Shown here: in pieces, positions 1-11,100 of the stretch
How positions within the stretch are numbered: position 1 is the stretch's first letter
Layout of the letters: every line of letters begins with the position of its first letter
Assembly: GCA_044225365.1 (NCBI GenBank)
Contig: JBGAIQ010000008.1
Span: forward strand, 97,575-161,574
Reading direction: 5' to 3'
Length of the DNA stretch: 64,000 nt
Source: Planctomycetota bacterium
GTDB lineage: Bacteria; Planctomycetota; B15-G4; JADJEK01
The notes under the pieces: generated by a model
Told to the model about the DNA's origin: nothing
The model's database searches: none
What the model saw: the letters and a program-made list of their open reading frames with translations, nothing else
Program-made: the position numbers and the translations under genes

Positions 1-356
1 GTCGCGCCGGCGCACACCCTCGTATCGAGCGTGTGCTCGTCCGGCTCCGACGGCGCGAGCTTGCTGAGGTCGGGCGTGGTCGCGCGCGGAAAACGATCGT
101 TGGTGAACGTCGTGCCCGCGCTGATCATCACGCCGGTCTCGATCGTGACGGCGTTGCAGATGTAGACGAACGCGTTGATCTTCACGAGATCGCCGATCTC
201 GACGCCGTAGGCGATGTACGTCTTCTCGCCGACGATGCAGCTCTTGCCGATCTTCGTTCCCGGCCCGCGAACATGCACGCTGTCCCAGATCGAACTTCCG
301 TCGCCGATGTCGACGCCGTTCTCGATGAGCGCCGTCGGATGGATACGAACGCCCAT
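1..356 (-). CDS. Hexapeptide-repeat N-acetyltransferase (WbpD-like), runs off the window edge
   Basis: Manual translation from ATG at 356: MGVRIHPTALIENGVDIGDGSSIWDSVHVR...IGKSCIVGEKTYI...FTNDRFPRA; left-handed beta-helix repeats; absent from the ORF track because it is truncated. Confidence 0.85.
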   Translation of the reverse strand, partial: MGVRIHPTALIENGVDIGDGSSIWDSVHVRGPGTKIGKSCIVGEKTYIAYGVEIGDLVKINAFVYICNAVTIETGVMISAGTTFTNDRFPRATTPDLSKLAPSEPDEHTLDTRVCAGA

Positions 357-358
357 GT

Positions 359-1345
359 TCAGCTCCTCACCGCGATCCAGTTGTTCGCCGCGAGCGAAGC
401 GTACGCGGCCTCGATCGCTCGCACCGACGCGAGCGCATCGTCGACCGTCACGCGCAGGGGCTCGGTCCCGGCCACGGCGTTGCAGAAGTTCACCACTTTG
501 CTGCGGAACGCCTGCATCTTGTCGTAGCCCTTGCCGAACACCGTCCACTGCCGATCCGCAGTGCGGCGAAACACCGACTGCTGCCAACCGATGCGGATCA
601 CGCCTTCGGTGCCATAGATGTCGATGAAGCTCTCGAGTCCCTTGTTGATGCTCCACGACAAGTCGACACCGGCGATCACACCGGACATGCTGCGCACGAA
701 GATGCGAACCGTGTCCTCGACGTCGATCGGCTGCACGCGCTTCGCCTCGACCGCTTGGACGTGAGACAACGGACCCAGGAAGTAGCGCAGGATGTCGACG
801 GAGTGCGTTCCGTTGTCGATCAAAACGCCGCCGCCGCTCTGCTCGCGCTTCGAGTTCCAACGCTTGCTCATGTCGACGTGGCTCGTGAACGCGTTCTCGA
901 ACAGCGAGATCTGACCGAGGACACCGGACGCCACCATGCTCTGCGCCCGCACCACGTCCTCGACGAAGCGGAACTTCGACGCCATGGTGAGGACGCGCTT
1001 CTTCTGCTTCGAGACATCGATCATCCGCTGCGCGCTCGCCGAGTCGATGCTGATCGGCTTCTCGCAGAGGACGTGGACGCCCGCGTTCATGAGATCGATG
1101 CAGATCTCGGGATGACTCGCGGGAGGGGTACAGACGATCGCAGCGTCGATCTTGTCCTTGTCGAGCATCTCGCGATGACTCGACCGCGCCGCGCAATGCA
1201 GCGCTTCGGCGACCGACGACGCCACTTCGGGTCGCACGTCCGCGACCGCGACGATGCGACCTTCCTTGATCTCCGGGAATGCCTGGACGTAGGTGTGCGC
1301 GATGCCGCCCGCGCCGATCAAACCGAATCGCAGCGGCTCAGCCAT
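359..1345 (-). CDS. Gfo/Idh/MocA oxidoreductase (NDP-sugar dehydrogenase)
   Basis: GLIGAGGIA Rossmann motif, LCEKP, GGGVLIDNGTH; start placed at MAEPLRF, overlapping the upstream stop. Confidence 0.9.
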   Translation of the reverse strand: MAEPLRFGLIGAGGIAHTYVQAFPEIKEGRIVAVADVRPEVASSVAEALHCAARSSHREMLDKDKIDAAIVCTPPASHPEICIDLMNAGVHVLCEKPISIDSASAQRMIDVSKQKKRVLTMASKFRFVEDVVRAQSMVASGVLGQISLFENAFTSHVDMSKRWNSKREQSGGGVLIDNGTHSVDILRYFLGPLSHVQAVEAKRVQPIDVEDTVRIFVRSMSGVIAGVDLSWSINKGLESFIDIYGTEGVIRIGWQQSVFRRTADRQWTVFGKGYDKMQAFRSKVVNFCNAVAGTEPLRVTVDDALASVRAIEAAYASLAANNWIAVRS

Positions 1346-2567
1346 TGCCCGCTCCCGTGCACTGCTTGCACGACTCACGCACGGCCCTCGCGATGTAGTC
1401 GACGTGCTCCTTCGTGTAGCGCTCGTTCCACGGCATCACGAGGATGCGATCGAGCGCTTCGTAGCTGCCTGGGAATTGCGCGGGGTCGTAGTTCACCGCT
1501 TCGGGACGCGCGAGGTTGAACGGGAACCGGCTCTTGCCGAACGTGACCTGTTCGCGGAAGACCTGGCACGCGAACGCCGGCTTCTGGATGTAGCGTGGCG
1601 CCGACGCGATCCCGTAGGTCGCGAGCACTTTCGCGAGCGCGGGACCTCCGCCCTGGATGACGTTCGGGTCGACGCGCAGGCAGTACTTCCAGAACGTGTG
1701 CTCGGCGCCCTTCGTGATCATCGGCGTCTCGATGCCGGGGATCCCCGCGAGCGCCGAGGTCATCAGTTTCGCCATCGCGACGCGCTGATCGACCGAGAAC
1801 TGGAGCTTCTCGAGCTGCGCAACCGCGACGGCGCCCTGCAGCTCGCTCATACGGTAGTTGAGCGCGAGGAAGTAGTGGTCCGGGTTCTTGTCGCCGTAAC
1901 CCCAGGCCTTGTTGATGAAGAGGAACATCCGGCGCGCGAAGTGATCGTCGTTGGAGACGACGATGCCGCCTTCACCCGTCGTGATGTGCTTGCCCTGTTG
2001 CAGGCTGAACGCGTTCGCGGCGCCGAACGTGCCGACGTACTTGCCGTCGCACTTCGCCATGAACGACTGCGCGCAATCCTCGATGACGGGCACCTTCGCC
2101 GCGTTCGCCAGTTCCATGATCGGCCCCATCTCGCAGGGATTGCCGAACAGGTGCGTGACGATGATCGCCTTCGTCTTCTTCGAGAGGCACTTCTCGATCG
2201 TCTTCGCGGTGACGTTGTAGGTCTTGGGATCGACGTCCGCGAAGACCGGGATCGCTCCCTGATACACGATCGGCGCCAGCGCGCCCATGTCCGTGATCGG
2301 CGTCGTGATGATCTCGTCGCCGGGCTCGGGATCGATCGCGGCGATGTTGCAGTGGACCGCCGCAGATCCCGACGCGCAGGCGTAGGCGTACTTCACGCCG
2401 AGACGCTGTGCGAACGACTGCTCGAGCTTCTTGACGAAGGTGCCCTTCGTGCTCGTGAGCACTCCGCTCTTGATCACGTCGGTGAGGAGCTTGATCTCCT
2501 CGTCGCCGAGCGTGCGGCCGGACGCATCTTGATCGTTCGGGATCGGGATCTTCGTGAGAGTCGTCAT
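1338..2567 (-). CDS. DegT/DnrJ/EryC1/StrS PLP aminotransferase
   Basis: SGSAA, VIEDCAQS, FSLQQGKHITTGEGG, NYRMSELQ. Confidence 0.93.
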   Translation of the reverse strand: MTTLTKIPIPNDQDASGRTLGDEEIKLLTDVIKSGVLTSTKGTFVKKLEQSFAQRLGVKYAYACASGSAAVHCNIAAIDPEPGDEIITTPITDMGALAPIVYQGAIPVFADVDPKTYNVTAKTIEKCLSKKTKAIIVTHLFGNPCEMGPIMELANAAKVPVIEDCAQSFMAKCDGKYVGTFGAANAFSLQQGKHITTGEGGIVVSNDDHFARRMFLFINKAWGYGDKNPDHYFLALNYRMSELQGAVAVAQLEKLQFSVDQRVAMAKLMTSALAGIPGIETPMITKGAEHTFWKYCLRVDPNVIQGGGPALAKVLATYGIASAPRYIQKPAFACQVFREQVTFGKSRFPFNLARPEAVNYDPAQFPGSYEALDRILVMPWNERYTKEHVDYIARAVRESCKQCTGAGNG

Positions 2568-2614
2568 GGGTGTAGCAAGGCTCCGTTCGAACTTGACGTG
2601 TACGTTCCGTCGTC

Positions 2615-4243
2615 TCAGCGCAACCGCTCCCAGGAGAGCTGCGCGAGCAATCTCAAATGACCGAGGATCGTGCGGAAGAGCGCGAGCTTCGAGTAACCGA
2701 GCACGCGCGATTCCAGGATCGCCGGCGCCTCCACGATCCGATCTCCTCGCAGGCAGAGCCGCGCGAGCAGTTCAGCGACACCGAGGAACCCACCTTCCGA
2801 GACTGCGACGTCGACCACGGCGGAGCGGCGGTAGACGCGGAAGCAACTCGTGTAGGTGAAGATCTTCTGCGGGAGCACGAGGCGATACAGTTTCGATAGT
2901 GTTTTCGACAAAGAGAGACGCCAAGGTGCAACGTTCTTCACCTGGCCGCTCGGATGGTAGGGCGATGCCGTCACGAGGTTCACGTCGCTCTCGAGCAGCG
3001 GGATCATCGTCCGCAATTGATGCGGATCGTAGCTGCAGTCGCAATCGATCGAGCAGACGACCTCGGTCTTCGCCGCGCGCACTCCGGAGAGGATCGCCGC
3101 CGCGACTCCTTTGTTGCGTTCGTGGCGCACGATCTCGCAGTTGTCTCGCTGCCCAAACGCACGGTCCAGTGCGCCGAGCGTGCCGTCGCGGCTCTTGTCG
3201 TCGACGAACAGGAATCGCAGGTCGTAGTCGCGTCCCAGGTCCTGCTCGAGTTCGAACAGCGTGTTCGCGAGGTACGGAACGGTCGACTCTTCGTTGTAGC
3301 AGGGGATCACGATGCTGACGGGAGTGCGGTCCGGTTTCGTCGTGGTCGCGATCGTCGAAACGGTCGAATCGGCCTTGCTCGACTTCGCGGGGAGCTGCGC
3401 GGTCTCGAGACCGAGGTGCTCGGCGATCGGACGGAATGCATAGGTCGCGAAGCACTCGCGCAGCACGGCCTCCATCTTGCCGAGATTGCGGTACTGCCGA
3501 ATGCGGGTGAGCACGCCGCCGACCGAGACGCGCGGGACCTCGGGATCGAGCTCCCACACGTGGAAGTACAGATTGAGCGGATGCTCCGATCGCGCCACCG
3601 TCGACGCGAGTGCCCTGCGCAGCATCCACTGTGGGAACTGCCGGAAGTAGTTGCCGCCGCCGAGCGGCCACGTGAAGGCGTCGGGCCCGCACGACGTGAT
3701 GGGCATCTCCCAGATCTCGCGGCCGTTCTCGCGGTGGAGATAGGGATACCGCCGCCACGGTTGCGAGGCGACCTCCGTGAAGCGCGGGTAGGCGCTGGAG
3801 TCGTAGCGGAATCCCTCGGCGGCGAGCACGTCGAGCGCCCACAGGTCCTTCTGCTTGAGGCTGCCCTTCGCGATCCGGTAACCGACGACCTTGCGCCCCG
3901 CCGCGCGTTCGACCGCATCGCGCGCCCGCTGGACATCGTCCCGGAACTCGGCCTCGCTCATCTCGTCGATGCTGCGATGGAAGTGTCCCTTGCAGGCGAT
4001 CTCGTGGCCGCGACGCGCGATCTCGGCAATGATCTCGGGGAAGCGCTCCGCCGTCCATCCGAGGGCGAAGAAGGTCGCCTTGATCTGGTATTCGTCGAGG
4101 AGATCGAGGACCTTCGTGGTGTTGAGGGCGAGGCGCGTTTCGAGCCTTCCCCACAGCTTCGGCTCGATGCGTTTGTTGAACGCCGACGCGTGATAGTAGT
4201 CCTCGACCGCAACGGTCAGGAGGTGGCGGCGCGGAGTCGTCAT
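2615..4243 (-). CDS. Fusion: XrtA-type polysaccharide deacetylase-like domain (DUF3473) + GT2 glycosyltransferase
   Basis: N-half TVAVEDYYH, ATFF, GGGNYFR, YFHVWELDP; C-half SIVIPCYNEE, VDDKSRDGT, DCDCSY; start MTTPRR overlaps the wecB stop (ATGA). Confidence 0.88.
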   Translation of the reverse strand: MTTPRRHLLTVAVEDYYHASAFNKRIEPKLWGRLETRLALNTTKVLDLLDEYQIKATFFALGWTAERFPEIIAEIARRGHEIACKGHFHRSIDEMSEAEFRDDVQRARDAVERAAGRKVVGYRIAKGSLKQKDLWALDVLAAEGFRYDSSAYPRFTEVASQPWRRYPYLHRENGREIWEMPITSCGPDAFTWPLGGGNYFRQFPQWMLRRALASTVARSEHPLNLYFHVWELDPEVPRVSVGGVLTRIRQYRNLGKMEAVLRECFATYAFRPIAEHLGLETAQLPAKSSKADSTVSTIATTTKPDRTPVSIVIPCYNEESTVPYLANTLFELEQDLGRDYDLRFLFVDDKSRDGTLGALDRAFGQRDNCEIVRHERNKGVAAAILSGVRAAKTEVVCSIDCDCSYDPHQLRTMIPLLESDVNLVTASPYHPSGQVKNVAPWRLSLSKTLSKLYRLVLPQKIFTYTSCFRVYRRSAVVDVAVSEGGFLGVAELLARLCLRGDRIVEAPAILESRVLGYSKLALFRTILGHLRLLAQLSWERLR

Positions 4244-5406
4244 GACGCGCGCCTTGCGAGCATCTCGTCGAGCGATCGCGCGATCTTCTCGCCGGCCGTT
4301 CCGTCGCCGAACGGGTTTTGGATCGACTTCACGCGCGACACCCACGAACGCTCGGGATGACGTTCGTCTTCCGCGTGGATCTCGTGAAGCAGGACGCGCA
4401 GCCGCTCGGGATCGTTTCCGACGAGCCGCGCGACACCGGACTCGATCGCCTCGGGTCGCTCGGTCTCGGCTCGGATCACGAGCAGGGGGCGGCCGAGGGA
4501 CGGAGCCTCTTCCTGCACGCCGCCCGAATCGGAGACGATGAGCCAGGCGTGGGAAAGGAGATGGATGAAGTCGGGATAGTCGAGAGGAGGCAGGAGATGG
4601 ATGCGATCCACTCCGAACATCGACCGGCGCGTCGCCTCCTGCACCGCTGGATTGGGATGCGTCGGGAACACGACCGCCACGTCGGAATGGTCCCGCACGA
4701 ACTCCGCGAGGACCCGCAGATTTCCTTCCATCGTCGTGCCGAAGTTCTCGCGCCGATGCGTCGTGAGCGCGACGATTCGCTTGCTCGCGAGCGACTTCAG
4801 GAGGTCCGTGAGCGATTTCGCGACGCGCCCCTCCGACCGCACCGTGCGGAGCGCGTCCACCACGGGATTCCCCGTCACGGCGATCGAGGCCCCGTCGACT
4901 CCCTCGCGCACCAAAGTTGCGCGATTCCCGCTCGTCGCCGCGAAATGAAACGTCGCGAGCCGCGAGATGACGCGGCGATTCATCTCCTCGGGAAACGGGC
5001 TCGCGATCGACGCCGTGCGCAGGCCCGCTTCGACGTGGCCGACGAGAATGCCTCGATGGAACGCCGCGAGCGCAGAGGACAACGCCGTGGTGGTGTCGCC
5101 CTGGACGAGGACGACATCGGGGCGCGTGAGCTCGAGCAGCGGATCGAGCGCCTCGAGGACGCGACTCATCACCTGATTCGGAGTCTGGGCCGGCCGCATC
5201 ACGTCGAGATCGTGGTCGGCGGTGATCCCGAACAGATCGCTCAGCGATCGAGTGATGTCGCGATGCTGGCCGCTGAGGACGACGCAACACCGAAACCGCG
5301 GCGATTCCCCCGTCGGAGACGGTGCACGCAATGCGCGGATCACCGGGGCGAGTTTGATCACCTCCGGGCGCGTGCCACCCACCGTCATCACTTGCCACGT
5401 CTTCAT
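4240..5406 (-). CDS. wecB: UDP-N-acetylglucosamine 2-epimerase (non-hydrolysing)
   Basis: GTRPEVIKLAP, GQH, VQGDT, HVEAGLR, PFPEE, DSGGVQEEA, ERPE, NPFGDG. Confidence 0.95.
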   Translation of the reverse strand: MKTWQVMTVGGTRPEVIKLAPVIRALRAPSPTGESPRFRCCVVLSGQHRDITRSLSDLFGITADHDLDVMRPAQTPNQVMSRVLEALDPLLELTRPDVVLVQGDTTTALSSALAAFHRGILVGHVEAGLRTASIASPFPEEMNRRVISRLATFHFAATSGNRATLVREGVDGASIAVTGNPVVDALRTVRSEGRVAKSLTDLLKSLASKRIVALTTHRRENFGTTMEGNLRVLAEFVRDHSDVAVVFPTHPNPAVQEATRRSMFGVDRIHLLPPLDYPDFIHLLSHAWLIVSDSGGVQEEAPSLGRPLLVIRAETERPEAIESGVARLVGNDPERLRVLLHEIHAEDERHPERSWVSRVKSIQNPFGDGTAGEKIARSLDEMLARRAS

Positions 5407-5790
5407 CGCCCGGTTCACGCACGGAAGCATCGCCGACGCCGGGGCCTCGGACCGCCGTCCCGCCTTCGAATACCACCCTGGAAGCGAATCTCCTGAAGGA
5501 CTCTTGCGAACGCGCCGACTCGCCCGCACGTCGAGTTCGCACCCGTCCACGCGTTCGTTCCGAATCCGTGAGGAACGAACTCCGGCAAGTCCGTTGCCCG
5601 TCCCCGGTTCCTCCTGAGACAGGATCTCACGATTCAGAAAACTACCGCAACCTGGGACGGAGTCAAGGAACGCACCTGAGTCCGATGTCGAACCCAAGCC
5701 GGAACGTTCGGTGGCCAACGAGAGCGAGAACGCCGATACCCGCCGGATCCCGCCTCGTTCTCGGACCGAATCCCCGTATTTTGCGCAGCC

Positions 5791-7125
5791 ATGACCGACT
5801 CGCACCCGATCGATCCAGGACGACCGGACCCGGCGACGCGGAGCGGCGCGCGATTCCTTCCCGCGCTCGTCTTTGCGCTCGCGACGGTCGCTGCTGCGCG
5901 CGGCTTCTACGACGATGGCAGCGAGCCAGGCACGGCCGTGCTCGGCGGCTTCCGGGATCGCGAGTTCTACTGCGTCGTCGCGCTATGCGATCTCACGCTC
6001 TGCTGCGTCGTCCTCGGCTTCGCGAACTTCTCACGGCTCCTTCTCCAGCGGTTGCTCCTCGCCCACGGCGCCGTGGGCGTCACGATCCTCGGCCTCGAAC
6101 TCGCGGCGCGATGCGGCGCCATCGACTTCCGCGCGATCCTCACGCCGGACCGCGGCCATCAAGCGGGCAATCGCGGTATCCCGAGCGACCCTCGGCTCGC
6201 CCACGTCGGGCGACCCCACGCGAAGGACTCCGGTCTGTCGACACCCGACCTCGTCGCCATCCTCGGCGCGAAGGCCGATCCCGTGCCCTTCGAGTTCGCG
6301 ACCGATCGATTCGGTCTGCGCAGTCCCAAGGACAAGGACGATCCCCGGATCCTGTGCCTTGGTGATTCGATGCTGGTGGGCGGCCTCGTGCCCGTCGCTT
6401 CGCTCCTGACCGAGCGGCTCGAAGCGAAGCTCGGCCGCAGTGTCCTCAACGTCGCCGAAGTCGGCTACTCGCCCGCAGAGGAGTTGATCCGACTCGAGAC
6501 GACGCAGCTCTCGGTGCGCGAGCGGCTCGTCGTTCAATTCGTCTTCGAGGGCAACGACCTGCAGGACACCGCGCGCTTCACGACGCGTTCGCCGGGCGCT
6601 TCGAACTGGCCGGAGAACGGACTCGTGAAGTCCCTTGCGCGGATGCTCCATCGCCCGCGACTGCGTGCGGGGGCTGTCCGTCATGGCGAGTTCGCGGATG
6701 CCGCGGACCATCACATCGACGTCTACTTCCTCTACGACGCCGCCGCCGTGCGCGGCGCGATGAGCGCGTATCCGCTGCTCGAGTCGACCCTGCGCGAAGC
6801 GAACGCGAAGATCACCCACGACGGCGGTCGCTACGCGATCGCGCTCATCCCGATGAAGCTTCGCGTGCTCCACGATCTCGTCACCTGGCCGAGCGACAGC
6901 GCTCTGCTTTCGAAGGAAATGGCGGAGAGCCCCCTTCCCGACGCGCTGGAGCGGACCTGCCGCGACGCGGGTATTCCCTACTTGGACCTCACCCCCGCAC
7001 TCGCGGCTGCGGCGCGCGCCGGACGATTGCCCTACTTCGCGGCGGACACTCACCTCGACGCCACGGGACACCAAGTGATCGCCGACGCGGTCGCGCCCTG
7101 GATCCTCACCCTTCAGCCCCAATGA
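5791..7125 (+). CDS. Membrane-anchored SGNH hydrolase / AlgJ-AlgX-like O-acetyltransferase
   Basis: N-terminal TM helices; LGDSM (block I), GNDL (block III), DTH (block V). Confidence 0.8.
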   Translation: MTDSHPIDPGRPDPATRSGARFLPALVFALATVAAARGFYDDGSEPGTAVLGGFRDREFYCVVALCDLTLCCVVLGFANFSRLLLQRLLLAHGAVGVTILGLELAARCGAIDFRAILTPDRGHQAGNRGIPSDPRLAHVGRPHAKDSGLSTPDLVAILGAKADPVPFEFATDRFGLRSPKDKDDPRILCLGDSMLVGGLVPVASLLTERLEAKLGRSVLNVAEVGYSPAEELIRLETTQLSVRERLVVQFVFEGNDLQDTARFTTRSPGASNWPENGLVKSLARMLHRPRLRAGAVRHGEFADAADHHIDVYFLYDAAAVRGAMSAYPLLESTLREANAKITHDGGRYAIALIPMKLRVLHDLVTWPSDSALLSKEMAESPLPDALERTCRDAGIPYLDLTPALAAAARAGRLPYFAADTHLDATGHQVIADAVAPWILTLQPQ

Positions 7126-7177
7126 ATCGAATGACGACACGCGTCGCACGATTCGCTTCCAGAAGGCACCACCCGAG

Positions 7178-7804
7178 ATGACCGGATCCCGTCCCACGGC
7201 TGCGGCACGCTGGAGTCAGCGACTCCACGATCTCTTCACCGACCTTCGCCTCGGCATCCGCACCCGCGGTCGGCAAGGACAGCGGACCGAGGAAGTGAGT
7301 CACTACTCGACGATCTCCTATCACTTCATCGAGCGGATCCTCGATCGGCTCGAACTGCGATCGAGCGACGTCACCGTCGATCTCGGCAGCGGCAAGGGGC
7401 GATTCGTGTGCGCCGCCGCACGGCGCAGGATCGCGACGGCGATCGGTGTCGAACTCTCGAGCGAGTTGTGCGCGATCGCTCGCGAAAACGCGCGAAACGT
7501 GCGGGGTCGCGCGGCTCCGATCGAGATCGTCGAGGTCGAGGCGCAACGCTTCGACTACGACCGCGGGAACGTCTACTACCTCTTCGATCCATTCGGGCCC
7601 GAGACGATCGCCGCAGTGCTGTCGCGGCTCGCCGATTCGATCGCTCGTTCGCCGCGGGCCGTTCGCCTCGCCTACGTGAATCCGCGCTGCGAGGACCTCT
7701 TCGGCGCGTGCGCCGCGATCACCGAGGTCGACCGTTGGCAGCAGGATGACCGCGGTACCGAGCACACCGTCGTGTTCTACGCCTCGCGGCCGCGCCCCAC
7801 CTGA
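7178..7804 (+). CDS. Class I SAM-dependent methyltransferase
   Basis: VDLGSGKGR, GVELS, YLFDPF, LAYVNP. Confidence 0.82.
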   Translation: MTGSRPTAAARWSQRLHDLFTDLRLGIRTRGRQGQRTEEVSHYSTISYHFIERILDRLELRSSDVTVDLGSGKGRFVCAAARRRIATAIGVELSSELCAIARENARNVRGRAAPIEIVEVEAQRFDYDRGNVYYLFDPFGPETIAAVLSRLADSIARSPRAVRLAYVNPRCEDLFGACAAITEVDRWQQDDRGTEHTVVFYASRPRPT

Positions 7805-8157
7805 GAAGCCCCGCGCGATTGTTTCACCGCGGCACCCCCGAGCGGGGCTCGATCACCCCAGTTCGATTCTTCGATCGCGAATTCGCGAACCTACAAATTG
7901 CTCCACCCGTCGAACGGTGCGCTGCGACTCACCCCGCATGCATCATCAGTTCGTGGATTCTTGGGGTCTTCGCCCTTTGCGGTATGGGCGGCGAAGACCT
8001 CGGTTTTTCTGGCGGTTTCCAAACTTCACAGTTCATCCGGCACCTCCGGATGCCGAACGGATTGGAAGGCTCTTCCGAAGAGCGTTCCAGGGCGTCCTCG
8101 TAACGTCCCTGGCGACGTCACGGGGATCTTCCATCCGAAGGCGCCGGTTGGCGTCAC

Positions 8158-11100
8158 GTGATCGACATCGGTAATCCACCTTTGAATACGCACCTCGGTC
8201 CAGACTCCAATCGCACGCCATCGATCTCTCGGTCGATCCTCGGCTCGCTGGCGTGGCTCGCGCTGTTCCTCCCGCCGCAGTCGAGCGCATTCGCGGCTCC
8301 ACCCATGACCGGAGCGACCCCCGAACCCGGCGTCTCCGACTACGTCTCGTTCGCAGCGGAACCCGCACCGAGCGAGGCGATCGAGAGCGCGCTCGAATTC
8401 CTCGATCGTGAATCCGAGCGCCCCTTCCACCGGACACACTCCGCGCCTGCGGTCACCGGGGGCACGGGATCGGAGGGGCTTTCTCGTCTCGTCCGACTCC
8501 ACGGCGGGCGCTGGCGGTCGAGCCACGCCGATCCCTCGGCCGCGGCGATGGAATTCCTCGCGAAGCACGGCCCCCTCCTCGGCTTCGACCCCGCGAACGG
8601 CTGGCAACTGACCCCGCGCGTGCTGCGCGATGGCGCGCTCGTGATGTTCGAATGCTCCGCCGCAGGGGTACCGATCGAAGGCGCACGGATCGGGGTGACG
8701 CTCGACGGCAAGGTCGTCACAGCGGCCGTGTCTCGGCTCCCGCAGGCGACCACCACCGCCCTGCCGACCTTCCGCATCGGTGAAGCGACGGCGATCGCGG
8801 CGGCTCGCGCACGTCGTGCGAGCGGCGCCACGATTCCGAACGGAGCGATGTCGACGCCGGACGCGGAGCGCCGATTCGTCCTCGTCCAGGGAGCGCTCGT
8901 CCCCGCCTATCGCGTGAGCGAGCGATCGGCCGACGGCACGATCGCGATCGATACGATCGTCGACGCCGAGTCGGGGAAAATCCTCGCGACCGAGAACCTC
9001 GTGCTCGAGGGTGGGCCGAAGTATCCCTACAACGGCAGCCTCGTTCCCTTCAAGACGGGTCCGGCGATCGGCGGGGTGTACGCCAACCTCGGCGATGCTC
9101 TCGCGAACAAGCCGAAGAACGTGGAGCTCAAGGTCGAGCAGGGCATCCCCGCGCCGGTCAACGTCGCGAAGGGTCGCCTGATCGGCGCGCATGCCGATGT
9201 GTGGGACGCCGGCGGTCAACCCGTGCTCGAGCCCGGGCAGAAGTTCATCTATGGGCCGTTCGGGAACGACGCCGATGCGTTCGACCAGACGAACGTCTTC
9301 TATCAGATCGAGAAGACCCGCAATCACCTGAAGCATCAGATCGGGTCGCTCCTGACCCCGAATGCTTCGCTTCCGGTCCTCGTCAACGTTCCCTCCGCGA
9401 CGCTCGGAGGCTCGTACTCGGCGGCGACGTTCCCGGTCGACGGACACACTGCGGGTTATCTGACGTTCTTCGATGCGTCTGCCACGCTCGGCCCCGCCGG
9501 CGACTCGTCCCGCGATCCGACGCTCGTCTCGCACGAGTACATCCACGCCTGGCTCGCGCTCGAACACCAGGAGTTCACGGGGAACCAGGACGATCCGTCC
9601 CGCGCGATCGGCGAAGGCCTCGCCGACTTCTTCGCCCTCTCCTGCCAGGGCGGCTCGGTGATGAACGGGTACCTCGAGAACGTGTCTCCGGGTTCTGGGT
9701 TCCTGCGCGACCTCGCGAGTGATCAGCGCTTTCCGTACACCACGGCCGCAGCGATGGAGTTCAACCCTTCGCACTTGCCGGAGGAGCACCAGAACGGAGA
9801 GATCTTCGGCGCGATGCTCCTCGACCTGCGTCGGGCGCTCGGTACGGCCGCGACGGAACAGCTCGTGTTTCGCGCCCTGCCCATCATGCCGCACGCTCTC
9901 TCGGACGTCGGCATCCTCGCCGTGACGCCGGACGATGCGTTCACCGCGACCGATCTCTTCTTCGGTGAGTGTGCGCGCGCGCTCCTCATCGCCTCGAAGG
10001 ACGCGAAAGAGGCCGGCGCGGTCCTCGGCGCGGCGTGCGCCCGCGGACTCATGAACGGCACGCTGAACTCGCAGCAGATCCTGCTCGAACTCGAACAGGT
10101 TCCCGCGAAGAAGTTCGTGCTGCAGTCCACCGTCGTCGCGCCTGGCGTCGTCCAGGAGTTCCTGTTCAGCGCGATCGAAGGCGGCGTCCTGTCCATCAAG
10201 GCGAAGACCGCATCGAACAGCGATCTGCAACCGGACGTCGAGGTGTTCGCCGCGGACGGATCGAACGTCGGGGTCGCGACGCCGCAGGCGAAGATCTTCA
10301 AGAAGGACGGACGCTCGGTCACGCTGAACGGAGTACAGCTCGGCATTCCGGGCGTCGGTCTCTACCGAGTGCGTGTTCGCGGCACGGGTTCGACCACCGG
10401 CGACTACTCGCTGACGCTCGATCTGAAGAGCGGTTCATCGCAGTCGCAGACGGACCTCGTCGTCCAGCCGCTCGATCCGTTCGTCGCGAGCGGTCCCGCC
10501 GGCGGCCCGTTCGAGACCTCGGGCGGCGTCTATCAGATCATGAACGTCGGCTCGGATCCGATCGTGTGGAGCCTGTCGTCCCATCCGTCGTGGGTCGTTG
10601 CCGACGTTGCGGGCGGCGTCTTGAATTCCGGTGACTTCGCGACGGTGACGCTCGGCGTCGACCCCACCGCGACCACGGGACTCGTGGTCGGCGCCTACGA
10701 TTCGATGGTGAGCTTCGCGAACCTCAGCGCTCCGGGCGCACCGGAAATCGCGTCGCTCGACTCCTACCTCGCGATCCTGGCGACGCCGCAAGGTACGCTG
10801 GACATCACGTCTCCGGGGCTCGTCCAGAGCGCGGGGCCGGTCGGCGGCCCTTTCTCTCCGTCGAGCATGTCGTTCACCGTGGCCAACAACGGAACCGCGC
10901 CCCTGAACTGGAAAGCCGCCACCGTCGCGACTTGGCTGTCGCTCTCGTCGTTCGGGGGCCAGCTCGACCCCGGCCAGTCGGTCAACGTCTCGGCCTCGCT
11001 CGTCACCTCCGGTCCGAACGCCGCGGGACTCCTCCCGATCGGCTCGTACACCGGCACGATCGACTTCACGAACCTCTCGAACGGCATCGGCGACGCGAGC

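Noticed and set aside
4244-5542. N-terminal 430 aa of the 975-aa ORF
   Set aside because: Arg-rich off-frame overlap of wecB; the real gene starts at 4243
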